64,000 nucleotides of DNA, from positions 106,144,001 through 106,208,000 of the forward strand of contig OX597823.1 in assembly GCA_951406725.2 (NCBI GenBank). The letters run 5' to 3'. Shown in pieces: positions 55,474 to 64,000 of the stretch (position 1 is the stretch's first letter; every line of letters begins with the position of its first letter). The position numbers and the translations under genes were made by a program. Below the pieces are notes generated by a model that was not told where the DNA came from, ran no database searches, and saw only the letters and a list, made by a program, of their open reading frames with translations. This DNA comes from Octopus vulgaris (Eukaryota).

Positions 55474-56651
55474 AACACACACAAACATATGTACATACAT
55501 ATATCCTCAGACGACATAAATTAAACCAGATTTAAACATTTCGAAATATCATATAATAGAAATAATATAAAAAGAAAAAAATTGAAACTATGTCGAAGCA
55601 GCTGTTGATTAAAATTTTCGATATAAATGTGATAACGTCGTGCCGTATGTTATATATAGTTATACGTAGGGTAACAGCTGTCTTGCCAAGTCTACATACT
55701 TATACTTAAACACACACACATGTAAGTATATATGCAAATATATGTGTATATATATATGTGTGTGTATGTGAGTGTATACATATTATATATATATATATAT
55801 ACATATATACCTATAAATATTTATATACTATATATATATATTTATATATAGATATAACTATATTTATAGCTATATATATACATATATATGTATGTATATA
55901 TAAATATTATATATATATATATATATGTATGTTTATACACACACATACACACACACATTTCATTTTGCTGCATCAATTTGGCACATCAATATTAATATTG
56001 CAATTGAGTGTGTTTGTTATATAAGGATAGAAATCATTAAAAAAGGCGTATGAAGAAAAAACCTGCACATACCAGAAGAAAATAATTTATATGTAAACAT
56101 AGTAAAATATAAATTCGTATGACTTGTCTAAACTTTGGTATCTCAAAGCTTCATGTGCCACATACCCAGTCATTGGTGGGGTAATAATTAAGGGCTCATA
56201 ATGATATTTGCCTTAGTTATTGCAGCACATTGTCATTTGATTCAACCAACAAAAGCTAAATGGAACGCAAGTGTAATATACAGAATTATACAATATCTTT
56301 TGGAGAATAAATATAAATGAAATGTCATCGTAAACTGCAATATAATATTAATGGAAGAGAACGGTTGCGTGGGTTTAGCGAAAAGCTTTCCTCCCGATAG
56401 AAGCAAAAAACAAAATCTAGAAGACGCACGGTGTAAGAGTGCACCTTTGATGCAATTCTGATGAAGTGCCACTCTAATGTCTAAAACCGCAAACATTATG
56501 CATTTTTCACTTCGAACTTTTGCGTAAACCGATGTTGTAATCAGAGTTGGTACAGAAACAACTGAAACCGATCATTAAAGATGTGTTAAAGTATTTCTTA
56601 TTATCTGGATTATCTGGATTATGTATTAATGGATGTATGTATGAATATGTA

Positions 56652-57210
56652 TTAGGATGTCCAGAAAGTTCGTGCCGATTTATAGCAGCTTACCTTTCGA
56701 CTTATTTTAGAACATGGTTGAGTCCATAAAATAGGATTTTACTACACCTCCATTTAGAGCACAGTTTAAGCTATCTTTTCGTGAAAGAAGGTTTATGTTC
56801 CTATAACCTGTGTTAATTCTGTAACCCTTTAAAATGGAAGATAAGAAAGTTCATTTTTGGTACTTGATGCTTTGGGAACCAGACAAAAATTGCTGCAGCT
56901 CGGCTGGGATGTGCTACCCCACACACCATTTTCACCAGATATTGCTCCTTCGGATTTCCACTTATTCAGGTCTCTGCAGAATAGTCTTAATGGTAAAAAT
57001 TTCAATTCCTTGGATGACGTAAAAAGATACCTTGATGAATTCTTTGCCATGAAACCACCTCAATTCTGGGAAGAGGGTATCTTCAAGTTAAAGGAAAGAT
57101 GGAGACGCATATAAGATTGAGATTCATATTTGGTTGATTAAAAATGTATTGGCAGGTATTTATTGACCTTTTTCTTTCCTTTAAAAATCGGCACGAACTT
57201 TCCGGACAAT
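56652..57210 (+). mobile_element. Internally deleted mariner (DD34D)
   Basis: TIR core TGTCC(A/G)GAAAGTTCGTGCCGATTT at both ends; MEDKKVHF start joined to LGWDVLPHTPFSPDIAPSDFHLF...GIFKLKERW. Confidence 0.92.
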
Positions 57211-57867
57211 ATACATGCACGCGCGCACATACACACACATACACGTACATACAGATACACACACGCACACAAACATACACACACACAGTGTATTCAGTCA
57301 ACAACCCTAGCGATGTTTTGCAGTAACAGTCAATAAATAGTAATTACAACATCTGACTCGACGCCTCTGCTGAGAATCCTTTTTTCGTGAACGTTCACAC
57401 CGTTCATGATTTTCTTTCTTTTAATTATAAAAACACAAGGCCTTCCATCAGATCACTTGCGATGCAAGCACAACTCCGAAATATATCTAAAGTGGTCTAG
57501 CAAATATGGATTATAGATATCCATAAAACGCACAGGTATGTGTATACAGACGTACACACACACACCGATATACACACACATATACTCACATATTTATGTA
57601 TTTGTATACGTGTGTACATGTTTGTGCGTGTTGACCTGAAATAAGAATAATATTTACAAAAATATCGAAAACTAAATCGAAAATAAACATAGAATGAGGG
57701 TATATTCCTTCAAGCCTGCTTTTCAAGATATTCATTGAAGAAAGATAGAGATCGACGGTCTTTTCCCCTCAACTTAATCAATGGCCATTTCTGAAGACAT
57801 ACCACTTTCCACTCCCTTCTGCTGGAATGTGTGTGTGTGTATACATACACACACATATGCGTGTGTA

Positions 57868-57927
<60 letters not shown>

Positions 57928-58133
57928 GCACGCACCCCAACACATATATACACACACACGTGAAATATTAATCAAAAATATTAATTAGATCGGTTCTAAG
58001 AATTGGAGACAAAAGAATGTTAAGCGTTAAGGACATTGTTATATTTCAGAGAAAAGAAACAGAAATACATCCACCCATCCACACAAACGAATATACATAC
58101 ATACATACATACATACATACATACATACATACA

Positions 58134-58167
<34 letters not shown>

Positions 58168-58737
58168 CATGCATAAATATATATATATATATATATATTT
58201 GTATATATATATATATATATGTATGTATATATTTATACTATGTATGTATGTTTAACGAAAGATAAGGAGAGAGAAGGAAGAATTCCTTACAATGAATTTG
58301 TTTTTAGAGGTCCATATTTACGCTGAACCACTTGTGTGCGGTTAATATCAATTCAGATTGGGATATCCTGTATATTATTATATCTAGCGCTAAAGTAGAT
58401 AGAATTTTAAGGACCCTAATTAAAACAATGTCAGTTGGTGAAGTGGGTTCACATAGTTGTACGATGGTCTGCAACACAATAATAATGACTACATCAACAA
58501 CTGCTAGAAACCCTTTATTATAGACACCATATCTAATTTTTTTGTGTGATTACAATACTCAACATGGGGTGTTTCTAAAGTGAGATAAAACTCCTAACCC
58601 TACACACACAACGTCTCCATCCACCGTCCTTAAATATTTTGCACGGAGAACTGTTTGTGGTGGTTCGAAAAATAATGTATGTGAAGATGGTGTAAAGAGA
58701 AACACTTGTTCCTATAAGCAACAAGAACAACAACAGT

Positions 58738-58790
<53 letters not shown>

Positions 58791-59544
58791 TGTCATGACC
58801 CCTTATGCAGTTTATTGTATAGCTCTGGGTTTCGATGCAGTGACTTAAATACGATCCTTGATCCAGTATTATATTAAGTTCGGCTGATTTTGAATTGTTA
58901 AACTATTACGCTGAACTCAAATGATCGTACAAGCGAGTTATACCGTGGTTCTTGTTATTCTAGATATATCAATAATGTTTCAACCGGGAGCTATCTCAAA
59001 TTCTTATGGGAATCTAGGACTAACAGCGTTATCTAACAAATCCATTTATTTCCTCAGAGAGTATATGTCTGATGTCAGAAAAAAATTGGGTGCCATTTCT
59101 TGTAGCTCCAATGAGTGCATAGAGTATCTTTCATTTGTTTGTAGTTGTTGAATCATAAATCAGTCTTGATCTAGAAGAGCTTACATCAAAGCGTTCCAAA
59201 TATGGCTATTCCATTCTTATTCTTGCTCAGACATACTGTACACAAGGCTATATTATAAAATGCATTCCTTTATTTTCAAAAGAGTGCAATTTGATAAAAA
59301 AAACTTGGTATTTCTAGTAGGGCGAGATACCGCATAGCGATTTCCCCGTGGTTCTAATTTAATCCTGATCCAGCAGACATTAGATAAAATGTCGTTCAGT
59401 CGTAATCATTTTGCCTTTCACACAACCCACTTTTATTATTGTATCCTGTGAAGCTAGAACTACATTAATCAATTTGTATTTTAATAGTTAATCATAAAGG
59501 TGCAATTTGAGAGACGCTCGACGACACTTTTTCTATCGCCAATA

Positions 59545-59767
59545 TGACGGGATGATGAAAAGTTCTTGGCTTTGGGGGAAAAAAAAAAGAAAATACAGGC
59601 GGATCGGCTAATTATGATTTTATTCAACATATACTCCTCTCCGAATCACACGCTTATCGCAGCGGAACTTCAGTTTTTCTAAGCCCTGTAAAAGAACTCG
59701 AACGGTTGGGCCTCCAGTCAGGTCTTTCGCGTCACCCTTAAATCCAGGAACTTTTCAGCACCCCTCG
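59545..59767. mobile_element. mariner-type MITE with TA TSD
   Basis: TA|TGACGGGATGATGAAAAGTTCTTGG ... CCAGGAACTTTTCAGCACCCCTCG|TA. Confidence 0.8.
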
Positions 59768-59789
59768 TATATTTCATAAATTGTAACCT

Positions 59790-59955
59790 ATTGCCTTGAC
59801 AATAAAAATGATGATACTTAACAGTTCGGCAAATAGAGCCAATAGAATACTGCAGGCTTAAAAATTAACCAGTGTGAGGGATTTATTCGACTAAACCGCT
59901 TCAATGCCATGCCCCAGTATGGCCGCAATCTAATGAATGAAACAAGCAATAGAAT
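59790..59955 (+). mobile_element. Decayed 3' half of SINE family A
   Basis: gttcggcaaatagagcc...ccagtatggccgca...aatgaaacaag. Confidence 0.6.
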
Positions 59956-60759
59956 TCATCAATACAAGAATAGAAGACTAAAAACTAGGCATTAACAGCT
60001 CTACTGGATTATAGATAACTCAAAGAGTTCATGGAAAGACAAAATGATATTTCTCTGACATTTTACACCAATAAGAGAAAATCTCGTTGGTGGATCATAT
60101 CGCGAGAAATAGCAGCAAAATCTTTAACTAATATCAAATCATTCAATCAATGTTAGTAAGGCGCATCAAAAGAAATAGGGCGTCCATAAAAACCAATGAA
60201 GAAGCCTGTATGTGATCCCTAGTCCTCAAAGATTGCAGCCACAATTTTCTGATAGCATCCCAGAGGTTCAAACCAGGCACACATTGCATAATTTTGCTTG
60301 GGATAATTTATATCTTAAAACACGAAAACAAGTAAACAAGATAGCTATGGCTTACACGACTATTAGCATAAACCTACTTAATCAGGGATAGCCAAGGGTT
60401 AAACAAGGATAAGGACGTCCACGATGACGATGACGAAGACGACGACAAAGATGACGACGACGATGACAAGGAGGACGACATCAACAACAACAACAACAAC
60501 ACAGCAACAACAGCTGCAAAAACTTAAAATGGAAAGGGTTAGCATAGTTTATGGGCAGCAAATTTGTGATAATATATATAAGAAAAAGGAAATATGGAAA
60601 CTAAAAACAAATGTTAAACATATCATTGTGTGACAAACGTTATCGTATACTTGGTATAGAAAAAGACTCATGAAAAATATCTATGTAGGTGTATATACCT
60701 ACCTACCTACCTACTCACCAAGAGACTTACCTACCTACCCTCCTACCTACATATATATA

Positions 60760-62001
60760 CAGAGGTTGGATAAAATAATGGAAAAACCTAGCATCATAGA
60801 TTCATAAATTTGAAATAGCTATAAAACCGTCAAAAGCTTGTTTATTGGGTTTTTTTTACTTAGTATTAGTGTTGCTTAATATGTTTTGCTAAAATTACTG
60901 TTTCTTTTAAGATAAAATCAGAAAAAGGTATTTAGAATTCATTAAAATGACAGATCTATCGGATTTTCAAAGAGGTTAAATTGTTGGTGCTCGCATGGCA
61001 GGCACTAGCGTAAGGAAAACAGCCGAAATGTTTGGTGTATCAAGAAGTACTCTCTCGAATGTAATGACATCCTTTGCGAAAGGAAAAAAAACCTCATTAT
61101 CGAAACAAAACTCGAGAAGAAAACCAAAACTTTCAGAAAGGGACTATCGGACACTTACGCGAATTGTTAGAAAGGATCACAAAAGTACAGCTCCCAAAAT
61201 TACTGCAGAGCTTAATGACCACCACGAAAACCCAGTTTCCACGAAAACTATTCGCCGGGAGCTGCACAAAACTGGATTACACGGGAGGGCTGCAATCAGA
61301 AAACCACTCCTTTCAAAAACAAACGTTGTAGAGCGTTTAGAGTGGAGTAGAAACATACAGAATTGGTTCCTAGAGCAGTGGAATACTGATATTTTCTCGG
61401 ACAAGTCATACTTTACCTTATTTCCGACCATCGGCCGAGTATACGTGTGCAGACATACAAAAGGAACATTTGACCCAGACTGTTAAACATGGAGAAGGAT
61501 CTGTGATGATTTGGGGCGGGGGGTTGCATCCTGGAAATCTGTTGGCACAATGTTTTCCCTTCATGGCAGAATTAATAGTCAAGACTATTTAAGCATTTTA
61601 TCTGTTCAAATTCATCCCATGGTTGCAGAACTGTTTCCAGAGGGAAACACAATCTTTCAGGATGACAATGCACCAATTCACACAGCTAAAGTTGTTACTG
61701 AATGGCACGAAGAACCTTCTAGTGAAATTGAACATCTTATCTGCCCACTACAGTCCCCAGATCTCAATATTGCTGAACATTTAGGGTGCAATTTAGAAAA
61801 ATAAGTAAGGAGTCACTACAAGAACTGGAGATTGTTTTAGCTGAAGAATGGACAAAGATTCCTTTGGAAACAATTAAAACTTTGTGCGAGTCCATAGCTT
61901 ATAGAATTCAAGCTGTGATTACTGCCAAAGGCGGTCCTGCCCATATTAAAGTTAATTTGTTTGAAATTTTAAGGTGTTTCCATTATCTTATCCAACCCCA
62001 G
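60760..62001 (+). mobile_element. Near full-length Tc1 transposon (defective)
   Basis: TIRs CAGAGGTTGGATAAAATAATGGAAA / TTTCCATTATCTTATCCAACCCCAG; TA on both sides. Confidence 0.95.
60947..61950 (+). pseudogene. Tc1 DD34E transposase with stops and frameshifts
   Basis: MTDLSDFQRG*IVGARMAG, RKPLL, IFSDKS, FQDDNAPIH, QSPDLNIAEHL, AVITAKGGP. Confidence 0.95.
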
Positions 62002-62039
62002 TATATATATATTAATACATACATTTGTGCATATATATA

Positions 62040-62100
62040 TAAGGCAAATGAAAGACGCAATATGAAATATACGAGAATTTATTAATTACGACAATTGTTT
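62040..62100 (-). mobile_element. Short pLTR end of the 52880-53935 PLE family
   Basis: Reverse complement aaacaattgtcgtaattaataaattctcgtatat, ending at TATATA. Confidence 0.7.
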
Positions 62101-62109
62101 TATTATCCA

Positions 62110-62506
62110 CTAGCAGTATCGCCCGGCGTTGCTCGGGTTGTAAGGGAAATAACTATATAAGCATTTTTAGAGAGTTATAGCCAAAAAATAGCAAAAAAAT
62201 GCATTAAAAATTGAAAAAAAAATTAAGGTAAATTTTTTTTTTAAATCGTTGACACATCGTAGATATTTTTAGAGAGTTACTTCCCTTATATAAAAGCGAA
62301 AAAAATGCATTCAAATGGAAAAATATGATGATAAATTATTTTTAAATCGTAGACTCATCGTAGACGCGCGCTAATACCCAGAAGGGCTCGATATGAATCA
62401 CGACTATAAGATACCCGCTTTTGGTTAAACTGCACGGCAAAATGTGGGAGTAGTTACGAATCTAAATCGAAGGGGACAGACACACAACTTCACTCTTATA
62501 TAAAGA
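62110..62506 (-). mobile_element. Non-autonomous Helitron
   Basis: Minus strand A|TC ... CCCGAGCAACGCCGGG hairpin ... CTAG|T; no TSD. Confidence 0.88.
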
Positions 62507-63344
62507 TGCTTATTTTTTTTCAGTCATAGAGTTAGATTTATGAAGGTCTTCAGTAGAAAATCCTTCGAATTCTGACTCGCTGCTTGATATAATGAAATTC
62601 GTATCCATTTTTTGTCAGAATTACAAATTTTGAAAACACAATAGGAACAAATTTCGGAAAAAAATCTCCCATAATTCACGAAATTAAAATTACACTTCGA
62701 TTTTTGTACAAAACTGTATTTGAAGTGTTTACGAAGTATAATACGTGTTTTCACGAATGTACTAAAGAGATTTACTCTGATATTCTCATTTAAATATGAA
62801 TAGGTAAATTCGGGCGGTTTGGTAACGAAAGGGTTTATATAAGTGTCGTCTGTTTATACATAAACACTGTTTCATACTTTCAGTTTAGTCTTGCTCAAAT
62901 CACTCTGTCGCTAATTAACTCTCTTCCAAGAACATTTTCACTCACTGTTATCTGTTAGCTTCCCATACATTTTACTCATGTATCTATCAGCGTGATAGAC
63001 AGAAACAAATATTACATTTACTTTCATTTTATTCGTCGCACACTGTGTGTGTGCGTTTGCGTGTGGTGTAAACCAGACTAAGAAAAGCATTTGACACACA
63101 CACCAGAATGTGAGTTTTCTGTAAATTTTGCTTAATTGGAGTTTAAATTTTAAAAACTGGACCTGGCATGACGCGATGCATTGTACTCTCAAAAATGCTA
63201 GGTAAATTGTAATTGAAGAAATCCTATATTGTAGATTTGTATAAGTACCAAAGGGAGGCAGATAAAATCTGCCTTTTATAATAAGAGATTATATATATAT
63301 TTACATACACCGACACACAAACACATACACACACATGCATATGC

Positions 63345-63387
<43 letters not shown>

Positions 63388-63837
63388 TGTATGTATGCAT
63401 GTATGTATGCATGTATAAAAGATAGAGTTGGAAATAGCATAGAAGTAAGACTAAGATTTGAGAGGGAATTTAATAAAAATGATTTTAAATATTATGTAAG
63501 GAAAATATTACCGGGTTCGATGAATCTTATCTTATCAAATATCAGTAAAAAAAACAGTGTGTCTTCTGTCTGGGGGTCAAGAACATATCTTGACATGTTT
63601 TTGACCTCCAGACAGAAGGTAAACTGTTTTTACTTCAAATTTTTATAAATTTTTTATTGACATTTCATAAGATGAAATACATCGAAACCTTTAAAATTTT
63701 CTTTATATATTCTTTAAAATCATTATTATTAAATTCCTTCTCAAATTGATGTCTCAGACTTACTTCTGTGCTATTTCCACCTCCATCTTTTATACATAAA
63801 AACTTGATTTATATAGAACTCTAATATTTTTTCAAAC

Positions 63838-63906
<69 letters not shown>

Positions 63907-63909
<3 letters not shown>

Positions 63910-64000
63910 ACGGAGATGTACTCGCATAGCAAGTGATTTGATCTGAGATCGTGTGCTGGAACGAAAACAATTGCAGCGTGGAAGGTGTTTGTAAGCCATT
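63907..64000 (-). mobile_element. Copy of the 26.6 kb repeat family, cut by the window edge
   Basis: ttgcagcgtggaaggtgtttgtaagccatt; abuts (TA)n. Confidence 0.65.

Overview
AT-rich eukaryotic intronic/intergenic DNA saturated with microsatellites and transposon debris. The two tRNA-derived SINE families look like octopus (coleoid cephalopod) repeats; this host call is by recognition, not by search. Nearly all long ORFs in the track are simple-repeat artefacts. The real coding remnants are retroelements (Tx1/L1, two R4/Dong-like REL LINEs, CR1, two Penelope-like elements, a Gypsy RT trace), Tc1/mariner transposases and a Helitron PIF1 helicase, plus one plausible host exon (4662-5026, minus). 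Three signals stand out. (1) A Tx1-clade family sits in (GATA)n arrays, with all three intact 3' ends in the same register. (2) Retroelement clades sort among microsatellite types: Tx1 in GATA, Dong in TAA, Penelope in TA. (3) About ten minimal hammerhead-ribozyme folds occur, mostly in likely Penelope pLTR fragments, including compensatory 3-8 core variants (C-G, U-A, G-C) and U4C variants.
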